Part shown: positions 46,281 through 56,735 of the stretch, piece by piece
Layout: each line of letters opens with the position of its first letter
Numbering within the stretch: position 1 is the first letter of the stretch
Assembly: GCA_964291655.2 (NCBI GenBank)
Contig: OZ219801.1
Coordinates: forward strand, 384,001-448,000
From: Chloroflexota bacterium
Lineage (GTDB): Bacteria > Chloroflexota > UBA11872 > VXOZ01
DNA: 64,000 nt
Reading direction: 5' to 3'
Translations under genes and position numbers: made by a program
Notes under the pieces: model-generated
Told to the model about the DNA's origin: nothing
What the model saw: the letters and a program-made list of their open reading frames with translations, nothing else
Databases searched by the model: none

Positions 46281-46958
46281 TCAAATCGAGACATGTGGAT
46301 AACCCTTATAGAGCAGATCAGTCTGAACGCACAGCCGATAGAAGTAGCGGTCGGCTTGTGATGTAAAGTCGTCCGCTCGGACATCTTGTTCCGCCAGCCA
46401 CGCTTCGTTAGGGTGGCAGCGCTGATTACAGAGCGCCTTAGCCGAAATCGTTTCGCGTTTTCCCGATAGAAGCTCAAGCGCGTTCGGAACGGAAATCTCT
46501 AACAAGGCCGAGACCTCGGCAGGGCTTGGCGCGAAAGAGGAGAGCGGTAGATTAGCTCGATACAAGAAAACGAACTGCACCTCACAGTCACGTACGCCGG
46601 GCTCTATATCACTCGCGGCTTGGCGTACTCCTAACGGCAAGAGATCGCTCATTGAGAGGGCGAGGCCGATCTCCTCTTGGGATTCCCGCAAGGCATCCTC
46701 TACGGACTCCCCGGCGGTCAAGTGTCCCCCTACGGTCGCATCCAGTTTCCCCGGTGACGTATCCTTGGAATCCGACCGACGCTGGAAAATCACGTAGGGC
46801 GTGCCGTTGTGATACTGCCCCACTACCCAACAGTGGATAGACCGGTGCCAGTCGCCGTCGCGATGCACGTCCGCCCGGCGCTTGCGCAATCCCAGCGGTC
46901 GCCCCAACGAATCACAAACATCGAAAAGCTCATCGGGATCTGTATGGGATTCGCTCAT
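46281..46958 (-). CDS. NUDIX hydrolase (IPP isomerase type 1-like)
   Basis: VHRDGDWHRSIHCW, QRRS..KD..PG, GGHL.AGE...LRESQEEIG Nudix box. Confidence 0.85.
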   Translation of the reverse strand: MSESHTDPDELFDVCDSLGRPLGLRKRRADVHRDGDWHRSIHCWVVGQYHNGTPYVIFQRRSDSKDTSPGKLDATVGGHLTAGESVEDALRESQEEIGLALSMSDLLPLGVRQAASDIEPGVRDCEVQFVFLYRANLPLSSFAPSPAEVSALLEISVPNALELLSGKRETISAKALCNQRCHPNEAWLAEQDVRADDFTSQADRYFYRLCVQTDLLYKGYPHVSI

Positions 46959-49390
46959 GAAAGTTCGCTTTCCACACGCCAGAACGTGGCAACTCGCTGC
47001 GCGAGCCCCGCGTACCTTGGGTCTTGCAGCAACGGATCCGCATCAAATAGCTTCTTAGCTTCCTCGCGGGCAAGTTCTAACGTAGCGAGGTCGGAGAGCT
47101 TCGCCACTTTGAGTGCCGGGAGCCCGGCTTGGCGCGTACCAAAGAACTCACCCGGCCCGCGCAGCATCAGGTCCTTTTCTGCCAACGCGAAGCCGTCGCG
47201 TTGCTCCTCGAGGATGCGCAAGCGTTCATTCTCCGCCGCATTGGCCGAATCAGATAGCAGAAAACAATACGATTGGTGCGCGCCGCGCCCGACCCGGCCC
47301 CGGAACTGGTGAAGTTGGGCAAGGCCAAAGCGTTCGGCGCTCTCGATCATCATAACTGTGGCGTTGGGCACATCAATACCGACCTCGACGACAGGCGTAC
47401 TTACCAGAATGTCAGTTTCTCCTGCCGCAAACGCGCGCATGACCTTCTCTTTCTGTCTGCTGGTCAGACGCCCGTGGAGCAAATCCACCTTGAGTTGCGG
47501 AAAGACCTCTTTCTGCAGGCGATTGAACTCGCTCTTGGCGGCGCGCACTTGCAATGTCTCAGACTCTTCGATGAGCGGGAAGATGATGAAGGCCTGGCGA
47601 CCTTGCGCAACCTGCTTGGCGACAAAGGCATATGCCGGTGTGCGTTTCTCCGCCGGCACCCAACGGGTCGTGATCGGCAAGCGTCCTGTCGGCATCTCTC
47701 GAATCGTGGAAACGTCCAAGTCACCGTAGAGCGTGAGCGCCAGCGAACGCGGGATTGGCGTCGCCGTCATTACCAAGACGTGAGGGTTACGACCCTTGCG
47801 CCGCAGGACTGCGCGTTGCCGCACGCCAAAACGGTGCTGCTCATCCACGACCGCCAAACCCAAGTTGTCAAACACCACGTCTTCCTGGATGACGGCGTGC
47901 GTGCCCACCAGGAGGTCGAGCGCACCTGACTCCAAGTCGGCCAGAATTACTCTGCGTTCGCTCTTGCGCGTACTGCCGGTCAGCAAGGCGCTGCGCGCCC
48001 CGAACGGATCAAGAAAACCCTTGAAGGTCTGTAGGTGTTGTTCGGCCAGAACCTCCGTCGGCGCCATGATGACCGACTGGAGTCCGTGTTTCGCCATCTG
48101 CAGCGCCAATGCGGCCGCTACGACCGTCTTGCCGGAACCGACGTCGCCTTGCAACAAGCGGTTCATGGCCGCCGGCTTACCCACGTCGGCGAAAATCTCG
48201 GTTAGCGCCTGCAGTTGGTGGCGCGTCAGGGAGAAGGGCAACGAGTCGAGAAACGCCTGTGAAACATCGGGGTCGACACGTACCGGAACACCGGGTTGAT
48301 CGAGCTGCCACTCGCGGCGTCGTTGCAGCGTACCAAGTTGAATGAAGAAGAATTCGTCAAAAGCAAGGCGGTGGACCGCACGCTGACGCTGCTCATTACT
48401 CTCGGGGAAATGCATCTGGCGCAGGGCTTCTTGTGCGCCTATTAGGGAATTTCGCTTCAGAATGTCTTCCGGAACAACCTCTCTTACGGCATGAACGGCC
48501 AAGTCCAGCGCAGAGTGGACCCAGCGACGCATCCACTTGGCAGAGAGATTGGCCGTCAGCGGATAGACCGGCACCAGCCGTCCCACATGCAGCCCGTGCT
48601 CGGGGCTTTCGGCAAATTCGTATTCGGGCGAACGCAATTCCAGTCCGGAGCGGCTGATTTCCACCTTGCCTGCTACCGTAACGCGGCGCTTATTCGTGAG
48701 GCTGCGTTGTAGAAACGGTTGATTGAACCAGACCGCCTTGATGTAGCCCGTCTTGTCTGCCAAGGCAGCCTCGGTGATGACCATGCGGCCCTGGGTCACG
48801 CGCCGATTCTCCACCTGCATCACGTTGGCCATGATAGTGACTTCTTCACCGGGCTTGAGGTCGGCGATCGTTTTGATGCTGCTGCGGTCGATGTGCCGGT
48901 GCGGAAAGTGCTGGATGAGGTCGCCCAGCGTAGCAAGGCCCAACTTCTCCAGGCGCTTAGCGTCTTCAGCCTTCAGCATCGGCACTACAGTAAGAGGTGA
49001 ATCTAGACCTGCCTTCGGCTGCGCGCCACGTTGCTTTCGGGGCCGCGAAACCTTGGTCTCGGCCTTTGCAGCGGACGCAACGGCTTTCCGTTGGGGTGGA
49101 CCGTTCTGTGGAGGAGATGCAGGGCCTGGGCTTTCGTTCAGGACGTGCAACAGGCTCTGTACGCGAGACGCTCTTTCCGCTGGTTCAAGCGCGCGGTAGC
49201 CCCGCAATCCACGCTCGATTGCAGGAAAGACATGAACATCGCTGGCGGTGGTGATATTCTCGGCCTGCCAGTTTGCGACAAATCGCTCTAGGCCGCCAAT
49301 TACCGCGCCATCGTCATATCCCCGCTGCATCTCCTGCTCAAGAATGCGGCGCAGGATCTTGGCACGGTCGCGAGGTTCGGAGCGGGGCAT
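46955..49390 (-). CDS. recG: ATP-dependent DNA helicase RecG
   Basis: LQGDVGSGKT, DEQHRFG, MTATPIPR, QLHQFRGRVGRG, GPGEFFGTRQAG. Confidence 0.97.
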   Translation of the reverse strand: MPRSEPRDRAKILRRILEQEMQRGYDDGAVIGGLERFVANWQAENITTASDVHVFPAIERGLRGYRALEPAERASRVQSLLHVLNESPGPASPPQNGPPQRKAVASAAKAETKVSRPRKQRGAQPKAGLDSPLTVVPMLKAEDAKRLEKLGLATLGDLIQHFPHRHIDRSSIKTIADLKPGEEVTIMANVMQVENRRVTQGRMVITEAALADKTGYIKAVWFNQPFLQRSLTNKRRVTVAGKVEISRSGLELRSPEYEFAESPEHGLHVGRLVPVYPLTANLSAKWMRRWVHSALDLAVHAVREVVPEDILKRNSLIGAQEALRQMHFPESNEQRQRAVHRLAFDEFFFIQLGTLQRRREWQLDQPGVPVRVDPDVSQAFLDSLPFSLTRHQLQALTEIFADVGKPAAMNRLLQGDVGSGKTVVAAALALQMAKHGLQSVIMAPTEVLAEQHLQTFKGFLDPFGARSALLTGSTRKSERRVILADLESGALDLLVGTHAVIQEDVVFDNLGLAVVDEQHRFGVRQRAVLRRKGRNPHVLVMTATPIPRSLALTLYGDLDVSTIREMPTGRLPITTRWVPAEKRTPAYAFVAKQVAQGRQAFIIFPLIEESETLQVRAAKSEFNRLQKEVFPQLKVDLLHGRLTSRQKEKVMRAFAAGETDILVSTPVVEVGIDVPNATVMMIESAERFGLAQLHQFRGRVGRGAHQSYCFLLSDSANAAENERLRILEEQRDGFALAEKDLMLRGPGEFFGTRQAGLPALKVAKLSDLATLELAREEAKKLFDADPLLQDPRYAGLAQRVATFWRVESELS

Positions 49391-49396
49391 AGCACC

Positions 49397-51073
49397 TCAC
49401 TCAAGGGTCATCAGATATGGATAGTGCGGCTGGCCGCCGGAGATGACCTCAATTTCCAGCGATGGAAACTGCGTCTGAATCTGCGTGCTAAGAGAGTTTG
49501 CCTCGTCTTCTAAAACATCTATCCCGTGATAGCAAGTGAGGAGCTCAGCAGTATCCGTTCCCATGCGCTCGACAGCAGACTGCACCGCTGCAAAGAGGTC
49601 GTCATGAGAGGCGCAAACGTGGCCGCCTGCAAGTGCGAGCCATTGCCCTTGGAGAACGTCTACGCCATCCACGGTGGCGTCGCGGGTGGCAAGAGTCACC
49701 GCCCCGTACTGCGTGTTCTCCGCCGCGTCCTGCATCGCGCTTTCATTCACGTCGGGGTCTTGGCTCTCTTGGAACGCCAGCAAAGCGGCAATGCCGTGTG
49801 CCGAGGAGTACGTCGGCAGCACGTGAACATCTGTGTCCGACAAGTCCCGCGTCTGCTCCGCAGACAGAATCACGTTCTTATCATTCGGCAAGACGAAAAC
49901 GTGGCGTGCATTGGTGGCCTCGACGGCTTGGAAGATCTCCTGGGTGCTCGGGTTCATAGTGGGACCGCCGCTCACCACAGTTGCTCCGATGTCTTTATAG
50001 ATCTCAGCAAGACCTGCGCCATCCGCCACCGCGACCACGCACTGCTCGCGCGGCTCCGGCGCGGCTTCAGTTGGCGCCACGTCGATCCCCGGCAGGTCCC
50101 CGTCAGCTAACGCTGACTGCAACCGCTCGTACTGGTCGTCCATGTTGAAGATCTCGATGCGGTGGAGGTTACCCGCGGCGCGGGCAAGATCGAGAACGGC
50201 GCCCGGATTCTCCGTGTGCACGTGTACTCGCACCAAGTCCTCGTCTCCGACGACCACCACGGAGGTGCCCCGTTCGGCGACCGCGTGGCGCATGTCCATA
50301 ACGTCCAGATCGGCGCCGCTCACCAAGAAACCCGTGCAATAGCCGTACAGGGTCTCTGTAACCGCCGCAATCTCCGGGAGAAGCGCCCGTTCGCTGCTGG
50401 GCAGCTCTACCTGCTCAACCGACTCACCGGTGACGTATCGCCGCGCCCCTTCCAGCAAGAGCCACAACGCCTGTCCGCCGGCATCCACCACGCCGGCATC
50501 CCGCAGCACGTCCAGCAACTGCGGCGTGCGGGCGACAGACCGCTCCGCGGCGGCGACGGCCGTTGCAAGCACCGCAGGCATCTCAACGTCCGGGGCGTCA
50601 GCCTCACATGCCTCCGCAGTATCGCGTGCTACGGTGAGCATCGTACCTTCTTGCGGCTCTTGCAACGCCGCGTAGGAGGAGTCTGAAGCCGAACGCAACG
50701 CCTGCACAATGCCTGGGACAGTGATTTCATCAGACTCCGCCAGGGCATCAGCAATTCCGCGCAGGCACTGGGAGAAGATTACGCCGGAGTTGCCGCGCGC
50801 GCCCATTAACGCGCCGCGATAGATCGCCTGGGAGACCTCATCCGCCCGCGTGCTGCTTGCCTGTTTGCCCGCTTGCAGGGCAGCTTCCAGGGTAAGAAGC
50901 ATGTTGGTGCCTGTATCGCCATCCGGCACGGGAAAGACGTTGAGCCGGTTGATCTCCTCTTTGTTGGCGGCAAGGAGATGATAGCCGTACTCCAAAGCCC
51001 CGATGAGGCTGCGCCCATCGCACTTCACAGTGATTCCCTCGCGCACTTCCTGTCCGGTCTGCGCATCATCCAC
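49397..51073 (-). CDS. fakA: DAK2-domain fatty acid kinase subunit (FakA/YloV)
   Basis: NVFPVPDGDTGTNM, GARGNSGVI, VVDAGG, YGYCT, VHVH, GGPTMNPST, GGQPHY. Confidence 0.92.
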   Translation of the reverse strand: MDDAQTGQEVREGITVKCDGRSLIGALEYGYHLLAANKEEINRLNVFPVPDGDTGTNMLLTLEAALQAGKQASSTRADEVSQAIYRGALMGARGNSGVIFSQCLRGIADALAESDEITVPGIVQALRSASDSSYAALQEPQEGTMLTVARDTAEACEADAPDVEMPAVLATAVAAAERSVARTPQLLDVLRDAGVVDAGGQALWLLLEGARRYVTGESVEQVELPSSERALLPEIAAVTETLYGYCTGFLVSGADLDVMDMRHAVAERGTSVVVVGDEDLVRVHVHTENPGAVLDLARAAGNLHRIEIFNMDDQYERLQSALADGDLPGIDVAPTEAAPEPREQCVVAVADGAGLAEIYKDIGATVVSGGPTMNPSTQEIFQAVEATNARHVFVLPNDKNVILSAEQTRDLSDTDVHVLPTYSSAHGIAALLAFQESQDPDVNESAMQDAAENTQYGAVTLATRDATVDGVDVLQGQWLALAGGHVCASHDDLFAAVQSAVERMGTDTAELLTCYHGIDVLEDEANSLSTQIQTQFPSLEIEVISGGQPHYPYLMTLE

Positions 51074-51359
51074 GATTTCTGCAAACCTCTCTATACTTCG
51101 GAGAGACTATGTCTGACATGTCGTTTACTGAAAACCTGGGACTACAAGCTTCCCTGGCCTGCCATCCATTGGTGAGTCCATTCACAAACATGCAACCGAC
51201 ACAAAAGCCAAGATTGCAAACTCACTCGCCACACGTCAGGATTGAGTATGTTATCGAATCTATGCTAACATTGGGGCTTGGTGACACGATCATCATAGCG
51301 ATAGATGGATCGCATGGTCAAGAATAACACGGACGACCGGACTAACTGAGGACTAGCTC

Positions 51360-51572
51360 ATGGCTGTTTGTAACGTATGTGGAAAAGGCGCGCAAGTAGG
51401 TCACAATATTCAGCACCAGGCTTCCGGCCAGTGGCGCTATCGTGCGCCAAAGACGCGCAAGGTATGGAAAGCCAACGTGCAGAAAGTGCGGCTGCTCATT
51501 GACGGTCAGCTGAAGAAAGTCAACATCTGCACGCGCTGCCTCCGCACACAGGCGAAAACATCCGCGGTCTGA
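51360..51572 (+). CDS. rpmB: 50S ribosomal protein L28 (zinc-ribbon form)
   Basis: CNVCGK...GHN...KTRKVWKANVQ...CTRCLR; RBS GAGGA. Confidence 0.93.
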   Translation: MAVCNVCGKGAQVGHNIQHQASGQWRYRAPKTRKVWKANVQKVRLLIDGQLKKVNICTRCLRTQAKTSAV

Positions 51573-51585
51573 CTTTGACCGAGGA

Positions 51586-51648
51586 CAGGTGCATTATTGC
51601 ACCTGGAAACAAAGAGGGAGAATGTCGCCCTGACCTTCTCCCTTTCTT
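51586..51648. terminator. Two hairpins downstream of rpmB
   Basis: CAGGTGCA-TTAT-TGCACCTG and AGGGAGAA...TTCTCCCT followed by TTCTT. Confidence 0.5.
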
Positions 51649-51754
51649 CAATCCCTAGCGCAGGTTGCAATCCTACCCCAATTGAGGAATGCCAAACTGT
51701 TCTTGTATCAAGCTTGGCTTACGTTACTTACCTCGGGCAATGTACCAATTTGAA

Positions 51755-52057
51755 TTAGGCAAACACCTGCGACAGCGAATTAAGTGCGCCAACAGCAGCA
51801 GGAACTATCAAACCCAGATTGATGGTCATTCCTTGCTCAAGAAGCTTGAACTCTTGCTTGAGGTCCTCTTTAGTGACAAATTGCTGCAGATCGTCCCTAG
51901 TTGCAAGTCGAACTAAGTCGGTTTTGGCTGCGAATTCTTGGGCATTATCACTTGCTATGCCCCCAACAAGCAATGCCAGCCTGGCAGCTTGCTTAGGGTT
52001 GAAATCTCCATCTGCAAGAAACTCTCGCAATGCGTCAGAGCTGTGTACAGCCACCAA
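51755..52057 (-). CDS. Small DUF1640/CCDC90-like coiled-coil membrane-anchored protein
   Basis: LATRDDL..FVTKEDL...LEQGMTINLG plus hydrophobic C-terminus; RBS GGGGAG. Confidence 0.55.
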   Translation of the reverse strand: MVAVHSSDALREFLADGDFNPKQAARLALLVGGIASDNAQEFAAKTDLVRLATRDDLQQFVTKEDLKQEFKLLEQGMTINLGLIVPAAVGALNSLSQVFA

Positions 52058-52168
52058 TGCTCCCCTGATGAACTATGCGTGCCTATCCCGGAACAGTGAC
52101 CCCTGCAATTGATTCAGACATTGAGTAGCAAACCGGCACCGGGGCTACCATCAAGAGTAGCAACGATC

Positions 52169-52639
52169 TCAAACAGATGTGCTGTTGTCCGGGCAGTTCA
52201 CCACGTCGCGTTCGTAGATTGTGCCGAGCACACCGTTTATGAAGCGGGGGGAGTTGTCAGAGGCGTAGATCTTGGCCAGTTCCACTGCTTCATTTATGAC
52301 AACTTTAGGGGGTATATCGGGCACATAGAGCAACTCGTATACGGCAAGGCGCATGATGGCTTTATCGACCAGCGCCATTTGGCCCATAGGCCACATTGAC
52401 GCGGCATGCTGGATCTTCTCGTCGATCTGCGCCAGGCGAGCCCGGACACCGGAGACGAGACCCTCCAAGAGTTCGTGTGCCTCCGCCTTGGTTTCCGCCA
52501 TGCACTCCACTTTGCTCTGCACAACGTCCGGAGACTCATCAGACAAGTCTAGCGCGAAGAGCACCTGCATAGCAGCCACACGCGCATGGCGGCGCGGGTG
52601 AATTCGTCTATCGGAAACATTGGCAGTACTTGTCGTCAT
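52169..52639 (-). CDS. nusB: Transcription antitermination factor NusB
   Basis: [41 protein letters not shown]. Confidence 0.95.
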   Translation of the reverse strand: MTTSTANVSDRRIHPRRHARVAAMQVLFALDLSDESPDVVQSKVECMAETKAEAHELLEGLVSGVRARLAQIDEKIQHAASMWPMGQMALVDKAIMRLAVYELLYVPDIPPKVVINEAVELAKIYASDNSPRFINGVLGTIYERDVVNCPDNSTSV

Positions 52640-52748
52640 TCGTCGTCACTCACTTTCGCTCTGCAGAGCGACCGTCCCATAGACGCGGTATTACGCAGCT
52701 CCCGCGCAGCCATGACAAAGGTTTCTGCAAAGGATCGGAGTCGTCCGT

Positions 52749-54083
52749 TCATAGAAGATTGAGCATGTTCGCATCGAAACTGCCTTCCCGGAAGCTCTGT
52801 GCATGGAGGACTTTGCGGTGGAATTCAAGGTTCGTCTTCACGCCGTCGATGACACACTCGTCCAGCGCCCGTAACATGCGTGCTATGGCCTCAGCACGAT
52901 CGGGCGCCCAGGCAATTATCTTGGCAATCAGCGAGTCATAGTGAGGGGGAATTGTGTACCCGCTATAGAGGTGAGAGTCGACGCGGATGCCCGGGCCGCC
53001 AGGGGCGAGAAAGCTCGTCACTTCACCGCTTTCCGGCCGGAATTCATGTTCCGGGTCTTCGGAGGTTATCCGACACTCGATGGCATGCCCCCTGAAGCAC
53101 ACTTCCTGTTGGCTATACCTAAGGGTCTTACCGGCTGCAACGGCAATCTGCTCCCGCACAAGGTCAATACCGGTTGTGCTCTCCGATACCGTGTGCTCCA
53201 CCTGCAAGCGGCAGTTTATTTCCATGAAATAGTAGTTCAGCGCCGAATCGACCAGGAATTCTACCGTGCCCGCGGACGTATATCCAACCGCATTGACTCC
53301 TTGCAGTGCCGCCGCGGCGATGGCTTCCCGTACCGAGGAATCGAGCACCGATGACGGCGACTCCTCGATGAGCTTCTGGTACCGCCGCTGAATGGTGCAA
53401 TCGCGTTCGCCCAGTTGGATCGCGTTGCCTTGGCCGTCTCGGAGGATCTGAACCTCAATGTGGCGGGCAGGAGAGATGTACTTCTCCAAATACAGCCGCG
53501 CGTTGCCAAATGACGCCTGAGCTTCTGCCTGGGCCACCGGAAACGCCGTCGCCATCTCTTTCTCATCACCCACGAAGCGTATGCCCCGTCCCCCGCCTCC
53601 TCCGGCCGCCTTGAGTACCACCGGGTACCCGATGGAATCAGCATCCTCCAGAGCATCCGCTGCATTCCTGACCGGGGAGTCCCGGCCCGGAATAACGGGC
53701 AGACCCGCTTTGCGCATCTCCGCCTTGGCATTGGTCTTGTCGCCCATCGCGTGAATGACGTCGGGACTGGGACCGATGAAGGTAATTCCGTATTTCTCGC
53801 AGATCTCGGCAAAGTACGTGTCTTCTGCCAAGAAGCCAATTCCAGGGTGAATGGCCTCGGCGCCCGTAATGAAGGCGGCACTAATGATGCTCGGTACATT
53901 CAGATAGGACTTGCTCGCGGGGGCAGGTCCAATGCATACGGCTTCATCGGCCAAATGCACCGGTAAAGACTCACGGTCCGCATCCGAGTAAGCGACTACC
54001 GTGGAGATTCCCAACTCACGACAGGCCCGAATCACTCGGAGCGCCGTCTCGCCGCGATTGGCTATGAGGATTTTTTGAAACAC
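52749..54083 (-). CDS. accC: Acetyl-CoA carboxylase biotin carboxylase subunit
   Basis: FQKILIANRGE, GGGGRG, ERDCTIQRRYQK, RLQVEH, YDSLIAK; probable GTG start 54083. Confidence 0.93.
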   Translation of the reverse strand: MFQKILIANRGETALRVIRACRELGISTVVAYSDADRESLPVHLADEAVCIGPAPASKSYLNVPSIISAAFITGAEAIHPGIGFLAEDTYFAEICEKYGITFIGPSPDVIHAMGDKTNAKAEMRKAGLPVIPGRDSPVRNAADALEDADSIGYPVVLKAAGGGGGRGIRFVGDEKEMATAFPVAQAEAQASFGNARLYLEKYISPARHIEVQILRDGQGNAIQLGERDCTIQRRYQKLIEESPSSVLDSSVREAIAAAALQGVNAVGYTSAGTVEFLVDSALNYYFMEINCRLQVEHTVSESTTGIDLVREQIAVAAGKTLRYSQQEVCFRGHAIECRITSEDPEHEFRPESGEVTSFLAPGGPGIRVDSHLYSGYTIPPHYDSLIAKIIAWAPDRAEAIARMLRALDECVIDGVKTNLEFHRKVLHAQSFREGSFDANMLNLL

Positions 54084-54231
54084 CAAATTGCCTAGGTTCA
54101 GTTTTGTGGCAGCCTTAGAGAGGGTCTCCGCCTGAACAGCACCTGACCTCGCCGTACTGTAGCTCCTGGCCCTTCTTCTAACAATCGTCAAGGCCCAAGG
54201 CGGCGTGCCGCTTCAGACGCTTCACTCGCCT

Positions 54232-54972
54232 CTAATACATCATAATGCCGCCGTCTACGATGAGTATCTGACCCGTAATATATGAAGCTTCCTCAGAAGC
54301 CAGGAAGGCAACGGCAGCCGCAAGCTCGTGGGGATCGCCATAGCGTCCCAGGGGGATTATCTTCAGAATAGTATCGACCATGTCTTCCGGAATAGAGTCC
54401 GTCATGGGGCCGCCGAAATAGCCCGGCGCAACACAATTCGCCGTAACGTTTCGCGTCGCCACTTCGCGCGCAAGCGACCGTGTAAACCCCCAGAGCCCGG
54501 CCTTGGAGGCAGAATAGTTCGCCTGACCCGGCGCGCCCATGAAACCGCCAATCGAGGAAACATTGACGATACGTCCGTAGCGCGTCCGCAGCATGTTGCG
54601 CACAACCGCCTTACTGCAAAGGAACGCCGATTTCAGATTGGTATCGACCACAGCATCCCAATCTGCTTCAGACATGCGCACGAATAATGTATCCCGCGTA
54701 ATACCGGCATTGTTGACGAGAATGTCTATCTGTCCGCAATCGTTGTGGACGGACTTGACCATATCTTCAATTTCGTCGGAATTGGTTACGTCAGCCCGGG
54801 CTGCGCTGGCGCTGCCACCTTCCGCGACGATATCTGCTACGACTCGCTCAGCCGCCTCAGCGCCACTATGGTAGTGCACAACCACGTGAGCCCCCTCATT
54901 GCCAAGCCGCGCGCAAATGGCTGCACCTAAGTGACCGGACCCGCCAGTGACCAGCGCAACCCGCCCTTTCAT
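54232..54972 (-). CDS. fabG: 3-oxoacyl-ACP reductase
   Basis: ALVTGGS, NNAGITRD, GQANYSASKAG, SYITGQ..VDGG. Confidence 0.9.
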   Translation of the reverse strand: MKGRVALVTGGSGHLGAAICARLGNEGAHVVVHYHSGAEAAERVVADIVAEGGSASAARADVTNSDEIEDMVKSVHNDCGQIDILVNNAGITRDTLFVRMSEADWDAVVDTNLKSAFLCSKAVVRNMLRTRYGRIVNVSSIGGFMGAPGQANYSASKAGLWGFTRSLAREVATRNVTANCVAPGYFGGPMTDSIPEDMVDTILKIIPLGRYGDPHELAAAVAFLASEEASYITGQILIVDGGIMMY

Positions 54973-55125
54973 AGATCATCCTTCACGTAGTAAGACTGCT
55001 GTTTGCCAGAACACTTCGACCTGAATGCATGCGCACATAGAATCATGCAAACTACCTGAACCGCTCAACACAGTTTCGGACTGGCCTAACACTCGTGCCG
55101 GCGCTTCAGCATGACTACACCAGGT

Positions 55126-56106
55126 CTATGCGACCTCGCCGGATTCGGCCGCGCGCAGGGCCGCTTGCTGGGAATCTATCGCCGTTGCCGTGGTTGCCGC
55201 AGCGATGCTCCCGATCATTTTGGTCAATACGGCGCCCGGCCCAAACTCATAGATTGGATTCAGGTTTCTTCGCAAGAGCATGTCTATTGTCGCTGCCCAG
55301 CGCACCGGAGACGTGACCTGCACAGAAAGTTCGTGCCGCAAGGCCTCCACCGTGGTAACGATATTGGCGGTTGTATTGGCTACGACTGGAATACGCGGCG
55401 GCAGGAGCGACGCTGCAGCTACCGCGGCTCGCCATTCATCCTGCACCGGCGCCATCGCCTGCGTGTGAAACGCGCCGCCAACCCTTAAAGGCACGATGCG
55501 CCGTGCGCCGTGTTCCTTCAGCAGAACGATGGCGCTGTCCAATCCAGCCTTATCTCCTGCGATGACAACCTGTTGAGGCGTATTGAAAGTGGCAATAGTC
55601 ACAATGCTCCGCACATCAGCGCTCCGCGCTCGTGCGCAGAGCTGCATGACAACCTGGGGCGAGACGCCAATCACGGCCGCCATTCCCCCAGGCGCGTCTG
55701 CAACAGCGCGTTGCATAAGCTCTCCTCGAGTCTGCACCAGCCGCAGCCCGTCTTCTAAAGAGAGCGCTCCGGCTGCATACAGGGCGGTGAATTCACCGAT
55801 ACTATGTCCGGCAACCAAAGCAGGCTGCAGCGCGTCCGGCAGTTCCGATACTGCCTCCACGCCACAAGCCTCCAAATATGCAGCCAAGCATGCGGCACTG
55901 GCAGTGAAAATGGCAGGTTGCGCGTTACGCGTTTCGGAGAGAACTCCTAGCGGGCCTTCGAAGCTCAGCGCTGTCAAATCCGTGCCTAGGACGTCATCCG
56001 CAGCAGCGTAGACTCGCTTCGCAGCAGCAGAGTGTGCGGCGACATCCGCGCCCATGCCTACTCGTTGCACGCCTTGACCCGGGAAAATGTATGCTCTACT
56101 TCCCAT
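55126..56106 (-). CDS. fabD: Malonyl-CoA:ACP transacylase
   Basis: IFPGQG, AQPAI, GHSIGE, GAFH, SPVRW, EFGPG. Confidence 0.93.
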   Translation of the reverse strand: MGSRAYIFPGQGVQRVGMGADVAAHSAAAKRVYAAADDVLGTDLTALSFEGPLGVLSETRNAQPAIFTASAACLAAYLEACGVEAVSELPDALQPALVAGHSIGEFTALYAAGALSLEDGLRLVQTRGELMQRAVADAPGGMAAVIGVSPQVVMQLCARARSADVRSIVTIATFNTPQQVVIAGDKAGLDSAIVLLKEHGARRIVPLRVGGAFHTQAMAPVQDEWRAAVAAASLLPPRIPVVANTTANIVTTVEALRHELSVQVTSPVRWAATIDMLLRRNLNPIYEFGPGAVLTKMIGSIAAATTATAIDSQQAALRAAESGEVA

Positions 56107-56513
56107 CGCTCCGTTTCCGATCTGCACAAGTAGCGCTGCAAGGCACTTCTGCCCCGCCATGCTGACTTTCACCCAGCCAACGCATCAAGATACCACTCTA
56201 TGACACTGTACACGCTTTGGCCGAATCCCATTTGCAGCAACACCTGATTGCACATGGAATGGGCGAGTGGATGGGGACCAGTTACTAAACCCAATTTGGG
56301 CATCCTCCCCCCAGCATGCCGAAGCTAGTCATTGAGAATATGACCCGAAGTTGGCGCCTCGCCACTTTGAGGAATGCAGAAGCCCGGTAACAATACGACA
56401 AGCAAAACTCGCCGGACCACTACTTTCAACCCATGCGGCACTTGACCGCGCCATGGCAAAGCGTGCAATTGCGGCAATGCGGAAAGCAGGCAGGATACCG
56501 TCAAGAATTGGCC

Positions 56514-56705
56514 CTAGGAGCCCGGAGTTTCTATCTCCAAGACTTCCTGACCGCGGTAGTAACCGCAAAACGAACATACCGTGTGGGAAGGCACCGGTTG
56601 ACGGCACCTTGGACACGCTATCAAATGCACGCTCAGGTTGTTCAGATGCGAGCGTCGTTTGCCTTGTCGCGAACGCGAAATCTTCTTCTTAGGTTGTGCG
56701 CCCAT
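56514..56705 (-). CDS. rpmF: 50S ribosomal protein L32
   Basis: AQPKKKISRSR..RRSH, CPRC...HTVCSFCGYYRG. Confidence 0.95.
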   Translation of the reverse strand: MGAQPKKKISRSRQGKRRSHLNNLSVHLIACPRCRQPVPSHTVCSFCGYYRGQEVLEIETPGS

Positions 56706-56735
56706 TATCACCTCACAAATATCATGCGCTCATCT

